Shown: piece after piece, positions 9,217-18,238 of the stretch
How positions within the stretch are numbered: the stretch's first letter is position 1
How the letters are laid out: each line of letters opens with the position of its first letter
From: Candidatus Woesearchaeota archaeon
GTDB taxonomy: Archaea; Nanobdellota; Nanobdellia; Pacearchaeales; GW2011-AR1
Length of the DNA stretch: 64,000 nt
Direction: 5' to 3'
Assembly (NCBI GenBank): GCA_964409005.1
Contig: CAYPBR010000001.1
Coordinates: forward strand, 18,383 to 82,382
Program-made: the position numbers and the translations under genes
Notes under the pieces: generated by a model
What the model saw: only the letters and a program-made list of their open reading frames with translations
What the model was told of the DNA's origin: nothing
The model's database searches: none

Positions 9217-9914
9217 ATTGATAGCCCTCTTGACAATCTCCATTCCCTTTGAAAATCAATTTCAAACATTTTTACCATATATCTCATTGAAGCATTATGT
9301 CTATGAAGTAAACTTACTCCCCAATCTGCACTTATTAATCTATTTTTATTGTTATCATAAAATCTTCTATAGGGAGAATTCGTTTTAAGAAATGAAGGAG
9401 CTAACACCCCTAAGAGTTTCGATTTTAAAAATGTATCATAAGGTGATCTAAAGCCCGGAGTGAGTTTATCAATAGGTATCAAAGTATCAGTTTTTACCCA
9501 TTCTCCATGATCCCCTTTTTTCTTATCAAACTTATAACCGAAAGTATCTCCGGTTGCTATACCGCTATAAGCCCACATCTTAGATACGGTAGAGCATTTT
9601 TCTATATCTATTCTTGAAAGCAAAACACTACCTAAGGTCGGCCCTATACCAACTTGATCTTTTAACCATTCATTCCATATATTAAACTCCGGCAATGTCG
9701 ATTCAATAAACTTACCCATATCTTTTTCTAATTTTTTAAATCCTTTAAGGTGTAAAAAAAAGATATTTTCTTCACTCTCCATATAATTGCCTGCTCTTAT
9801 TCTACTTTCTAATGAAATACGCATTTTTTGATAATCATAAAACGTATTCACAGCATCTTTCAAAATCTTTTTGTACTTGTCTTCATGCTCGTTACTTTTT
9901 CTTTTGGTTTTCAT
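9168..9914 (-). CDS. helix-hairpin-helix motif protein (248 aa) adjacent to the iteron array
   Basis: 'VGIGPTLGSVLLSRI' fits the HhH consensus (hxxhxGIGxxxAxxIh). No other domain is recognisable. Confidence 0.45.
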   Translation of the reverse strand: MKTKRKSNEHEDKYKKILKDAVNTFYDYQKMRISLESRIRAGNYMESEENIFFLHLKGFKKLEKDMGKFIESTLPEFNIWNEWLKDQVGIGPTLGSVLLSRIDIEKCSTVSKMWAYSGIATGDTFGYKFDKKKGDHGEWVKTDTLIPIDKLTPGFRSPYDTFLKSKLLGVLAPSFLKTNSPYRRFYDNNKNRLISADWGVSLLHRHNASMRYMVKMFEIDFQREWRLSRGLSIRKPYKEEYLNKHNEA

Positions 9915-9924
9915 TTTTTTTCTC

Positions 9925-10161
9925 CTATTGAGGTTTTTTTAGTTTTAACAATCCTATAATAATCAATCCAAACACAATAAAAACAAATAAGTATTTGAAT
10001 GTAACAAGCGGCATACTCATCATTCCTACGCCTACTCCCAATAACACTAACCATATAGTCCACAATGCAATATGTTGGTTAAGTGTCATTGAAGCCTGAT
10101 CGTTCTTCTTTAAGATTTTATCACACATCCGATTTATCTTTGCTCGCCTTTTCGCTATCAT
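9925..10161 (-). CDS. small membrane protein (78 aa, two TM helices)
   Basis: Two hydrophobic segments: 'ALWTIWLVLLGVGVGMMSM' and 'LFVFIVFGLIIIGLL'. Confidence 0.45.
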   Translation of the reverse strand: MIAKRRAKINRMCDKILKKNDQASMTLNQHIALWTIWLVLLGVGVGMMSMPLVTFKYLFVFIVFGLIIIGLLKLKKPQ

Positions 10162-10261
10162 TATTATTACTCACCTTTAGTACTTGTTACATCTAATTTA
10201 TTACAATCCTTCTTTTGCTACTATGTTTTTTTTACCGAATAGATAAACAGATAGTTACTTT

Positions 10262-10609
10262 CTAACTGATTCTTTCTATTGTTTTACCTTCATCATTAAG
10301 CAAATAAGCCCGACTATTAAAGGCAATGCATAACTCATTTCTACCCTTACCATTAAGATCGTAAGACGAGTGAAAACGAGTAACAATTACCTCACATTGA
10401 GTAGGATCATCTTCAGTTTCCCGTCTTATCCATTGTGCATATAAAGCATTTACATCAAGTCGAGGACTTTTAGTAGAATTAAAATCTCTCTCGAAAATTA
10501 AATTTTCTTCAGTTATAAAATATTCATTATGGTTAAATGAAATACTAGTAATATTATCATAATAATACCACTTTGATTTAATAACTGTATCTTGTATCTT
10601 TAAAATCAT
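10262..10609 (-). CDS. hypothetical protein (115 aa)
   Basis: Minus-strand ORF. Confidence 0.45.
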   Translation of the reverse strand: MILKIQDTVIKSKWYYYDNITSISFNHNEYFITEENLIFERDFNSTKSPRLDVNALYAQWIRRETEDDPTQCEVIVTRFHSSYDLNGKGRNELCIAFNSRAYLLNDEGKTIERIS

Positions 10610-10679
10610 TTTGCTACCTCTCTGTCTTTTTATTCTATCTGTCTACCTATGCGGATTTTAGACTATTTATTATTTTTAT

Positions 10680-10979
10680 TCATTTACCCTTCTTTAGTAA
10701 TTGTAACATTTCCGATACTACTCGCTGTTTAATTGACTCTCTGTTATATTTTTTTCTGAAAGTTTCATGCATATCATATAATTCATCCGCATACTGTTTT
10801 AACAACCATTCCTTTTCCGTCCTCAACCGTTCGTTTTCCTTCTTCAACCATTTTATTTCTGTTTCCAATTCTTCGCATGTTTTGTCAGCTTCGCCTTTAC
10901 GATATATGTCAATAAGATTATCACCACCAAAAATTCCTTCTTGACGCAAATCCTCTTCAAATACTTTATACACTGTCAT
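10680..10979 (-). CDS. coiled-coil protein (99 aa)
   Basis: Heptad, leucine-zipper-like segment 'IKWLKKENERLRTEKEWLLKQ'. Preceded by the conserved motif AACAAGCGCTAAAGGAGG. Confidence 0.5.
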   Translation of the reverse strand: MTVYKVFEEDLRQEGIFGGDNLIDIYRKGEADKTCEELETEIKWLKKENERLRTEKEWLLKQYADELYDMHETFRKKYNRESIKQRVVSEMLQLLKKGK

Positions 10980-11000
10980 TTAATCCTCCTTTAGCGCTTG

Positions 11001-11168
11001 TTATTCCTTGTTCATTTCTATTATACATTCATCACATAAAGCGTGTCCTTGCTTGACCGATATACTACACCGACAACAATTCCAATTGTAATAAGGATTC
11101 CTTGACCGCATCTTAGACTCTATCCTCTCCCACCGCTTGGCATTTTGTGTCATTTCTTCCGCTTTCAT
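11001..11168 (-). CDS. small zinc-ribbon protein (55 aa; ...NWNCCRCS...CDEC...)
   Basis: Hand-translated. Preceded by AACAAGCGTTAAAGGTGGGAGAATG. Below the ORF-track cutoff. Confidence 0.4.
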   Translation of the reverse strand: MKAEEMTQNAKRWERIESKMRSRNPYYNWNCCRCSISVKQGHALCDECIIEMNKE

Positions 11169-11204
11169 TCTCCCACCTTTAACGCTTGTTATCTATTAAA
11201 ATAT

Positions 11205-11402
11205 TTATCCCTGATCTTTACCCGACCACCACAATACTTCTTGCACCTTTCTAACATTCCAATCATCAGCTTTAACTTCACCCCTCTTCGTTTTATATAC
11301 ATCCATTTTTTGAGCCACTTCAAGCGCATCAGAAATATTCTCAGCATCGATAAGCCGACTAAATAAAATTGTCTCTTCATGTACTATTTCAAACTTTCTC
11401 AT
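11205..11402 (-). CDS. hypothetical protein (65 aa)
   Basis: Preceded by the conserved AACAAGCGTTAAAGGAGGG motif. The alternative frame 11189..11380 is judged spurious. Confidence 0.5.
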   Translation of the reverse strand: MRKFEIVHEETILFSRLIDAENISDALEVAQKMDVYKTKRGEVKADDWNVRKVQEVLWWSGKDQG

Positions 11403-11660
11403 TCAACCCTCCTTTAACGCTTGTTGCATTTCTTCAATTAAGTATTTCTTTTGGTCATCTTCCCCGCACCAAATAGCATTTACATTATCACTACTTCCAA
11501 TACATTTTAAAATCAACCATTCCCTTTCCTTCTCCAACCGCTCGTTTTCTTTATAAACAATATCTAATTCATCGCCCACATCATTCAATTTATTCTTACA
11601 TTGATGAAAATGTTGAAAAGCTCTCTGCTTATTTACAACTTCTATAAATGGATTACTCAT
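11403..11660 (-). CDS. hypothetical protein (85 aa)
   Basis: Coiled-coil 'ENERLEKEREWLILK', similar to the 10680..10979 product. Preceded by a variant of the conserved motif. Confidence 0.5.
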   Translation of the reverse strand: MSNPFIEVVNKQRAFQHFHQCKNKLNDVGDELDIVYKENERLEKEREWLILKCIGSSDNVNAIWCGEDDQKKYLIEEMQQALKEG

Positions 11661-11756
11661 TCAATTCCTCTCCTTCAGAGCTTGCTGCAAATTCATATAA
11701 TACCAACCATGCCATACCCATAGATATATATTAATGTAGTACCCTGATATATACAT

Positions 11757-11969
11757 TCACTTACTCTCTTTTCGTACTTGTATGGCTATTTGTTGCATTC
11801 TATCTATACAATCATTTAATTCTGGAGCTTCACTATTCTCATACGTATTAACTGCTTCTTCGTCAATATCATCCAATGCCTTTCTCAATTGCTCAATTTC
11901 CAATATCATCCATCCTATAATTTCATTAGGTACACGGTATTTTTTCTTTATGTCTATCAATCTATCCAT
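11757..11969 (-). CDS. hypothetical protein (70 aa)
   Basis: Minus-strand ORF. Confidence 0.45.
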   Translation of the reverse strand: MDRLIDIKKKYRVPNEIIGWMILEIEQLRKALDDIDEEAVNTYENSEAPELNDCIDRMQQIAIQVRKESK

Positions 11970-11995
11970 TCAACTCTCTCATAAGATATATTAAA

Positions 11996-12223
11996 CTATA
12001 GCAGATCATATATAAATCTAATCGCCGAGGCAGCAGCATGAAGTGCTTCTTTTCTAAGTTGCTGAGGATTCTGTTTTCCTTTTATCTCATCCCACAATTC
12101 ATCAACCTCTTCTTCTAATACTGCTTTTCCTTCGTGATATGAATTATAGGGAGCCCACTTTTTTCTTGCAAACATAATCTGTCTATTAACTTCATCAAGT
12201 ATTGCTATTAACTTCTTATCCAT
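11996..12223 (-). CDS. hypothetical protein (75 aa)
   Basis: Preceded by AACAAGCTTTAAAGGGAGTG. Confidence 0.5.
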   Translation of the reverse strand: MDKKLIAILDEVNRQIMFARKKWAPYNSYHEGKAVLEEEVDELWDEIKGKQNPQQLRKEALHAAASAIRFIYDLL

Positions 12224-12448
12224 TCACACTCCCTTTAAAGCTTGTTGCATTTTATCTATAATTCTACATCATTATTCATCCATTCTCCATACAACTTTTC
12301 CCAATTTCTTATAGCTATATCTTTATCAATTGCATAAACAGTCCAGTCCAAACACAATATATGCCATGCTTTAAATCCTTGATCCCACACTGGTTCAAGC
12401 GACCATCCACATAAAGGACAGTTTTTCATTTTTACTCTCCTTTAAATT

Positions 12449-12781
12449 TTATATTCTTCTTGATCTCTCTATACCTTGTCTACTCATTTTCTTTATAAAT
12501 AACATATTACTATAATCACCTTTCCATCCACATATACAAATTACTCTATTATTATCACTAAGTGGTCTTACAAAAACATATGCTGACTCACCACAACTCG
12601 GACAAACCATTTTACCACCTTTTCCTATCCTAACTATACAAAGACTTTTTCTATATTGTTTACCTCGTTTTATTCTACTTACTGTTGAAGGATGAATATT
12701 TAACCTTTCTGCAATTACCCGATTCAACTCTTTAGAATTAATAATTTCTTTTTTCTCTTCATTAGTCAAACATATAGGCAT
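12449..12781 (-). CDS. HTH plus zinc-ribbon putative transcriptional regulator (110 aa)
   Basis: 'LNIHPSTVSRIKRG' is an HTH. 'CPSCGES...CICGW' is zinc-ribbon-like. Confidence 0.5.
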   Translation of the reverse strand: MPICLTNEEKKEIINSKELNRVIAERLNIHPSTVSRIKRGKQYRKSLCIVRIGKGGKMVCPSCGESAYVFVRPLSDNNRVICICGWKGDYSNMLFIKKMSRQGIERSRRI

Positions 12782-12982
12782 ATTTTCTCCTTAATCTTTT
12801 TGCATTTCTTTTATTAAATAAAGAATTTGCGTTTCAATCATTCTCACTTAAGCACTATAATATACTGAAAGTTTCTCATCATCTTCACTATCGAAAATCT
12901 TTAATAATGCTTTTCGCGATTCTCGTAAATCTTCTATATACTTTTCTTTACCAAATATTGACATTATTTTATCCCTTAAAAT

Positions 12983-13717
12983 TTAATCTTCGTCCAAATA
13001 ATCCATTTCCCTTAGGGCTTGATCAATTTCTTTTTCAGTCATCCCACTATATTCATTATTCTGTATAGCTTGACCTTGACCTTGGTTCTGATTTAATATT
13101 GTTTTCGCCGCGTTAACATTAATTCTTCCAGCATACCCAAGTAAGTCCGAAATTGCTTTTCTTCTTACTTCTGCATTAGTCCTTCGATTCGATATTATCT
13201 GCATCAGCTCCAATATAGCTATCTCTTGATTTTGTGCAAATATCTCGGTTATTCGTTTATCAATGCTGTATTGATAGGTCTCAATCAATCCTTTTGTCCC
13301 ATCAAACGTCAGCCAATTACTGATAGTCGCTACCGACACGCCAAATTGTTTAGCCCAATCTTTATGAGTTTTATGCTTCACACAAGTTGAATAATCTAAG
13401 CAAAACTTTCGCATTTGCGGTGAAACTCTTTGTTTTGCGTTTTGCGCTTCTTCCCAGGTTCGCACAAGCTCGGGATAAGCAATAGGTTTACTGTCTTCCC
13501 ACAATAAAATATTTTCAATAAGTTGAGGTTTAGTTAACCTGCAATAAGGAAGATTTTTCCTCCTGCAAAAAACTTTCAATTTATCACGTAAAACATTTTC
13601 CAACTGTTCTTTTGTATGTTTTTTTCCCGATGGTTTTACAAAGGGTTTTGGATTTTTCACTGGAATCGGCATTTTATCCTCTAAAATAATAATTGAGTTG
13701 TGTATAAAACAAAGCAT
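12983..13717 (-). CDS. HTH DNA-binding protein (244 aa). A small-terminase-like role is possible but unproven
   Basis: 'WAKQFGVSVATISNWL' is an HTH; the C-terminal part is Q/N-rich and acidic. Confidence 0.45.
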   Translation of the reverse strand: MLCFIHNSIIILEDKMPIPVKNPKPFVKPSGKKHTKEQLENVLRDKLKVFCRRKNLPYCRLTKPQLIENILLWEDSKPIAYPELVRTWEEAQNAKQRVSPQMRKFCLDYSTCVKHKTHKDWAKQFGVSVATISNWLTFDGTKGLIETYQYSIDKRITEIFAQNQEIAILELMQIISNRRTNAEVRRKAISDLLGYAGRINVNAAKTILNQNQGQGQAIQNNEYSGMTEKEIDQALREMDYLDED

Positions 13718-13792
13718 AGCATCCCTACAACTGCTATTATAAGTAATATTATACCGACAGCACCTTTTATATTTCTCTTCGGTTTATATCTC

Positions 13793-14149
13793 TCAAATTT
13801 CATTATCTGACACTCCTAACCCAAATTCCTTATTTATTTCTTCTTCTTCCGATACACCTATAGTATCATTATTAACTTGATCAATAGCGTGTACTTTACA
13901 TCCTTTATACTTGCCTGCATTTCTAACTTTTTCAATAGCTTCTTGCATAGTTGAAGCTTCAACATCCAATATTTTCTGAATTGTTATTCTATACTTCATT
14001 TTTCTCTCCTTATTATTTATTTCTTTTAATTCTCGCATTGATTTAACTATATAACCTTTACCGTGAACTATTGTCATTGCCGAACACACATCTTCTGCCT
14101 CAATAACAATCTCATCATCTTTAATTACATCAATTAAATAGCATTTCAT
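13793..14149 (-). CDS. hypothetical protein (118 aa)
   Basis: Minus-strand ORF. Confidence 0.45.
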   Translation of the reverse strand: MKCYLIDVIKDDEIVIEAEDVCSAMTIVHGKGYIVKSMRELKEINNKERKMKYRITIQKILDVEASTMQEAIEKVRNAGKYKGCKVHAIDQVNNDTIGVSEEEEINKEFGLGVSDNEI

Positions 14150-14513
14150 TTTTATTCTCCTTACGATTTATAGAATCTTTCATACTAAAACCATTAGGGT
14201 ATCTTTCTTTAAGCTTTTCTATATTATGTTTCATTATGTCATCAAGACTAAATCCCATAATACTCGCCAACGCTGTAAGATACCATAACGCATCACCTAT
14301 CTCTTCCTTAACATTATTTCTATCCAACTTCCAATCATGATAAAGTACATGCTTAAGATGTCCTGCTAACTCACCCACTTCACTTATTATCCCTAAACAA
14401 TAATTCTTAACTTCTTCATTTTTAGTAATAAGATAATTTCGTGTTCGTTCAACAAGTTCCTGATATTCATTATTCTTCACTATTACGCTCCTTATAACTC
14501 TCAAGTGCATCAA
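14130..14513 (-). CDS. mazG: MazG-like nucleoside triphosphate pyrophosphohydrolase
   Basis: 'GIISEVGELAGHL' and 'KEEIGDALWYL' are the EExx(E/D) metal-binding helices of the MazG/HisE all-alpha NTP-PPase fold. Confidence 0.7.
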   Translation of the reverse strand: MMHLRVIRSVIVKNNEYQELVERTRNYLITKNEEVKNYCLGIISEVGELAGHLKHVLYHDWKLDRNNVKEEIGDALWYLTALASIMGFSLDDIMKHNIEKLKERYPNGFSMKDSINRKENKNEMLFN

Positions 14514-14721
14514 GTTTTTTAATCATCCAATCTTTTACATTGCCGGTCAATTGAATATAATCATAAACCCCTTCAATGCTTTCAAGAGCAAATTCATAAT
14601 AAGGATCATCCATCATATTGTTAATTCGCTCATTCAAATCATCGTCAACTTTATGTTCTTTACACTCTATTTTAAAATCACTTAATTTTGCCATTATTTC
14701 TATCCTTATGAGTTTCATCAT
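14470..14721 (-). CDS. hypothetical protein (83 aa)
   Basis: Overlaps both neighbours by about 44 nt, so its true boundaries are uncertain. Confidence 0.35.
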   Translation of the reverse strand: MMKLIRIEIMAKLSDFKIECKEHKVDDDLNERINNMMDDPYYEFALESIEGVYDYIQLTGNVKDWMIKKLDALESYKERNSEE

Positions 14722-15574
14722 ATTGTTTAACTTTTTTTATTACCTTTTCTGTTGCTTCGTTATAAATATCTTTCACATCTTTAAAATTCCAGACTCGTTC
14801 TTCTATACCTTTAAGACTATATACCTTATTTATTAATCGTTTTTGAAAATCTTTAAAATCTTTATGATAAATATGAAAACTATCTGCCTGCCAATTTAAA
14901 CGCCCCATTACAAGATTGTTATCAATACGAGACTGAACTCTCGGTATTACTACTTCCTTATTAAACATAATAAATCCAAACATATTCATAAAGCTTGCGC
15001 CCCAAGCATCATTACTTCTTATTCTTATATTGCAATTAAGAATATATTCAGTCTTTCCTTTTCTTAAATTAAATTCCTCTGATATTCTATACCAAATACT
15101 TTGTATGCAAGGTGGATCATCTATAAATAAATCAATTTCAGGCTCCCATGTAATCATCTGCGACTGCCTATTAAATGGTTGAACAACTAATTTATCTATA
15201 ACAACATTCAATTGATTTAAAAACCTACCCATCTTCGTAGGATAATTTGTAAGCCTATCATGATAAGTATACGGCCATCTTGTATCATCAGGATCGTCAA
15301 TGTCAGCTTGCCAATGATCTTTAATACCCTCCTCTAATTCCATTACATATTCCCTCAAATCCTCAATCCCACCGCGAAATGCTTTATGTATCATTGGTTC
15401 TGCAAGTGGGTCTTCAATTACAATATTCATAGTGCAATCCAATGTTTTATCTTCTTCTTTCATATCGTACTGTGATTTAATATGTTTTCCCGATGTATAA
15501 AGTTTTATCAAAGCTTTTTCATAAGCCAATGCTAAAGTCTCACCCCTCACTATTATCACTGGTATCCCTTTCAT
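14678..15574 (-). CDS. thymidylate-synthase-family enzyme (ThyA / dCMP- or dUMP-hydroxymethylase homolog)
   Basis: 'PPCIQSIWYRI' corresponds to the catalytic-Cys region (ThyA 'PCH..YQF'; T4 gp42 'FMCTNTVQYLI'). 'RIRSNDAWGASFMNMFGF' matches 'RSNDVVFGFRND' (T4 gp42) and 'RSADVFLGVPFN' (ThyA). Confidence 0.7.
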   Translation of the reverse strand: MKGIPVIIVRGETLALAYEKALIKLYTSGKHIKSQYDMKEEDKTLDCTMNIVIEDPLAEPMIHKAFRGGIEDLREYVMELEEGIKDHWQADIDDPDDTRWPYTYHDRLTNYPTKMGRFLNQLNVVIDKLVVQPFNRQSQMITWEPEIDLFIDDPPCIQSIWYRISEEFNLRKGKTEYILNCNIRIRSNDAWGASFMNMFGFIMFNKEVVIPRVQSRIDNNLVMGRLNWQADSFHIYHKDFKDFQKRLINKVYSLKGIEERVWNFKDVKDIYNEATEKVIKKVKQYDETHKDRNNGKIK

Positions 15575-15825
15575 CGCACTCCTCCTAAATATTTTTCATC
15601 TAATAGTTCGCTTTCTATTAAAATAGTTAATAATCTTTCTTCATCTTCAAAGGGATTATTAATTAATAATCCCTTTGAAAAATATTCTTTTACTTTTTTT
15701 TTAAATAAATCTTTTTGCTTATGAGTAAAATCTTTTTGACAGAGATTACGATTATTTGTTTTCTTTCTCAAGTACATTATTAAATTATATGATATTAATT
15801 CAAGTGGCCTTTCTGCTCTATTCAT
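15571..15825 (-). CDS. hypothetical protein (84 aa)
   Basis: Minus-strand ORF with an ATGA stop/start overlap with the downstream gene. Confidence 0.4.
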   Translation of the reverse strand: MNRAERPLELISYNLIMYLRKKTNNRNLCQKDFTHKQKDLFKKKVKEYFSKGLLINNPFEDEERLLTILIESELLDEKYLGGVR

Positions 15826-16640
15826 TTATTTACTCTTGAATAATTAGCTAAGACTCTATCGGAATAATCTCTATATTTTCCCGGTACATCTTCTGAAAAT
15901 ATGCCTTCTCCATTTTTAAAATATTCATCAGCTCTATAAGGCCCAGCATTATACCCAACTAAAGCCCATTCCACCCTTCCATCAAACTCTTCCAACAACA
16001 ACTTCATATATCTTATACCTAACTTTTTGCTTTCTATTGGATCATACAACATTTCAATAGAATAATTATTAGTTTGCAAATATTCCCACGGTGAAACTGA
16101 ATTTGCTAACATTTTAGCTGTAAATGTCATAAATTGTTCAGTACCTAAAGCGCCCATATCACTTTTAGCATGAATATTAAAACCGGCACTTTCTATAACA
16201 GCTATAAATAAAGAAATATACGGATCAATTCCTACCATCTCACATCCTGTATAAGTTACCTCTAAATATTTTTTTATATTTTCTTTATTCATTCTATCAT
16301 CTTTAGGTGTTTGATATTTTTCCATTTCTTCAAGAATAATTCTCGTACTATTTAACATAAATTCTTCAAACTTTTCTCCATCTTTAATATAATAACCGCC
16401 AGCATAATCTTTAATATATAAAGCAGTCTCCAATATAATTGACTTTTCTTTTTGCACAATTTCAATTCTCTCCTCATAATCTTTCATTATTTGTACTGCT
16501 TCTTTTTTAAGGTTAACATTTATAATTATAAAAATTCCTATTGCGCCCAATAAAAAAGAAAGCATAAGGGCAATTATAAAAATAATTTTCTTATATTGAT
16601 CTTTACTCTTATAACAACTTTCTTTATCATGTGTAGCCAT
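15822..16640 (-). CDS. membrane-anchored lytic transglycosylase (SLT-like)
   Basis: N-terminal TM helix 'IIFIIALMLSFLLGAIGIFIII'. 'FIAVIESAGF...GALGTEQFM' resembles the SLT catalytic E-S...GLMQ region. Confidence 0.5.
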   Translation of the reverse strand: MATHDKESCYKSKDQYKKIIFIIALMLSFLLGAIGIFIIINVNLKKEAVQIMKDYEERIEIVQKEKSIILETALYIKDYAGGYYIKDGEKFEEFMLNSTRIILEEMEKYQTPKDDRMNKENIKKYLEVTYTGCEMVGIDPYISLFIAVIESAGFNIHAKSDMGALGTEQFMTFTAKMLANSVSPWEYLQTNNYSIEMLYDPIESKKLGIRYMKLLLEEFDGRVEWALVGYNAGPYRADEYFKNGEGIFSEDVPGKYRDYSDRVLANYSRVNK

Positions 16641-16651
16641 GTTTAACTCTC

Positions 16652-16885
16652 CTATTTTCTATTTTTTAATGTTGTAGCAATTTGACTTATGCTTGCTATA
16701 GTTGCATTACCTCCTGTATAAGCAGTGCCCGAAATTACAGTCCACTTACAAATAATTTCTAATTTCTCTGCTCCAATGTTCATAAACTTAGATAGAATAA
16801 AAAATAATGCTAACATCGATGCTGTAATTATAAAGACAATAAGTTTTCTGCCTAATTTCTTTGATACAAACTTATCCTCTGCCAT
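16652..16885 (-). CDS. small TM protein (77 aa), a holin candidate by position
   Basis: Single TM helix 'LIVFIITASMLALFFIL'. Sits between the transglycosylase and the endolysin. Confidence 0.35.
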   Translation of the reverse strand: MAEDKFVSKKLGRKLIVFIITASMLALFFILSKFMNIGAEKLEIICKWTVISGTAYTGGNATIASISQIATTLKNRK

Positions 16886-16896
16886 TTATACGCTCC

Positions 16897-17658
16897 TCAA
16901 TATATAATAAAATCTTTATTTTTATAACTTCTTATCTTTAGAGCTACCTCTATTCCTTCACGCTCGCCTTTCGAGTTAGTATTCCCTTCAATCGCCATAA
17001 AGACTTTATCTCTTACTTCAATTATAATTCCAATATGAATCCAGTCGCCCCATTCTTTTCTTATTACATAAAATGATCCAGGAATTATTTTATCCTTTTT
17101 TACTTCATTTTCTTTATAAAATATTCCGTTTCGTATAGCATCATTCACTATTGCATCTACTGAAAATGATTTAATAAATGGCATTGACACAATAGGATCA
17201 TCATTACCTTTATCTTCATTCTTGTATAACTCATCATATGCTTGTTGTAACACATAACACACAAACCCTGCACACCACGGCCAAGCATTCCCTTCGTAAC
17301 CATCCATATACATTCTTACCCAAGGCCCCATATTTTGACCACCTACTTCTTTCGGTTTTTGTCTCAAATGTTGTTTTGCATATTCAACAACTAAATCATG
17401 TGATGGAATTAATTCTCCTTGAAATAATGCAGGACGAGACATATTCGCTTTTGCCATCGGTTCTATTAATTTTTCAAATGTTTTATCGCCTACAATTCCA
17501 TCAACTATTAAAATATTATGATTTTGAAACAACATTACACCGTGTTCAGTTGCGGGCCCAAAATCCCCATCTATAGCAAGTCCAAATCCATGTAAATTAA
17601 GCCATTCCTGAACTAGTTTTACATTTGCTCCCTTACTTCCCTTTTTGATTAATACCAT
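16897..17658 (-). CDS. endolysin with a peptidoglycan-binding domain plus CHAP-type peptidase/amidase
   Basis: N-terminal 'VKLVQEWLNLHGF...DGDFGPATEHGVMLFQ' is a PG_binding_1 domain. 'NAWPWCAGFV' supplies the CHAP catalytic Cys and 'WIHIGIIIE' the His. Confidence 0.65.
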   Translation of the reverse strand: MVLIKKGSKGANVKLVQEWLNLHGFGLAIDGDFGPATEHGVMLFQNHNILIVDGIVGDKTFEKLIEPMAKANMSRPALFQGELIPSHDLVVEYAKQHLRQKPKEVGGQNMGPWVRMYMDGYEGNAWPWCAGFVCYVLQQAYDELYKNEDKGNDDPIVSMPFIKSFSVDAIVNDAIRNGIFYKENEVKKDKIIPGSFYVIRKEWGDWIHIGIIIEVRDKVFMAIEGNTNSKGEREGIEVALKIRSYKNKDFIIY

Positions 17659-17953
17659 ACTTCGTCACCTCTTCAGCTAAATCGATTTTACATCCTTTTG
17701 GAAGAACTGATTTAAAATTTTTTCTACCGTAAAAATCAACTAAATCTAAAGGTATCATATATTCAAAAAAATACTTCCTTTCATTACTTTGTTTACTTAC
17801 AAATACATAAATATCAAGTTGTGTTTCATATTTTTTAATATAAGTATTCATCAAACTTGTTAGGAACTTTTCCCATAGATAATGTGTATATGCATTTGCA
17901 AAACTTTCATTTTTAACTTCTACTAAGCATGTAATACCCACAACCAAGCACAT
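17633..17953 (-). CDS. hypothetical protein (106 aa)
   Basis: Minus-strand ORF. Confidence 0.4.
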   Translation of the reverse strand: MCLVVGITCLVEVKNESFANAYTHYLWEKFLTSLMNTYIKKYETQLDIYVFVSKQSNERKYFFEYMIPLDLVDFYGRKNFKSVLPKGCKIDLAEEVTKYGINQKGK

Positions 17954-18238
17954 TTAAGCTTCCTTATTTTTTAAAGTTTCAATCATTTGCTCTTCTATTG
18001 ATCTATACAAAACAGCTCCAGCATCTAAAAGAAATGAAATTGCTCTATCCATTCTAACATCAGTAACTCTTTTTAAATCATGCAATGCATCTAAAGTACT
18101 ATCTTGAATGACTAAATTCAATTCCATAAAATGTAATTTCCTTAAAATTACATTTTCTTCACTAGACTGAATACTTTGTACAGTTGCAGATTTATCAACT
18201 GCTCCTTTAACCTTGATATGTTTTTTTTCTTCCGGCAT
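17954..18238 (-). CDS. hypothetical protein; the start may be the internal Met near 18127
   Basis: Overlaps the FEN gene's 3' end by 90 nt, so a later start is likely. Confidence 0.3.
   Translation of the reverse strand: MPEEKKHIKVKGAVDKSATVQSIQSSEENVILRKLHFMELNLVIQDSTLDALHDLKRVTDVRMDRAISFLLDAGAVLYRSIEEQMIETLKNKEA

Noticed and set aside
8805-9388. Plus-strand ORFs 8805..9113, 8875..9252 and 9110..9388, which encode repetitive 'GSL...GFL' peptides
   Set aside because: They run through the 36-bp DNA repeat array. The two conserved blocks are identical at the nucleotide level while the spacers vary without regard to codons. That points to DNA-level (binding-site) conservation, not a protein repeat. 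Every credible gene in the window is on the minus strand.
9168-9914. IS110-family transposase (Transposase_20 domain) call for the HhH protein
   Set aside because: Only the generic helix-hairpin-helix 'GIGP...LL..I' motif is present. There is no recognisable DEDD catalytic N-terminal domain, and the protein is shorter than IS110 transposases.
11189-11380. Alternative minus-frame ORF overlapping 11205..11402
   Set aside because: Only 11205..11402 is preceded by the conserved AACAAGCGTTAAAGGAGG / RBS element. The other frame is probably spurious.
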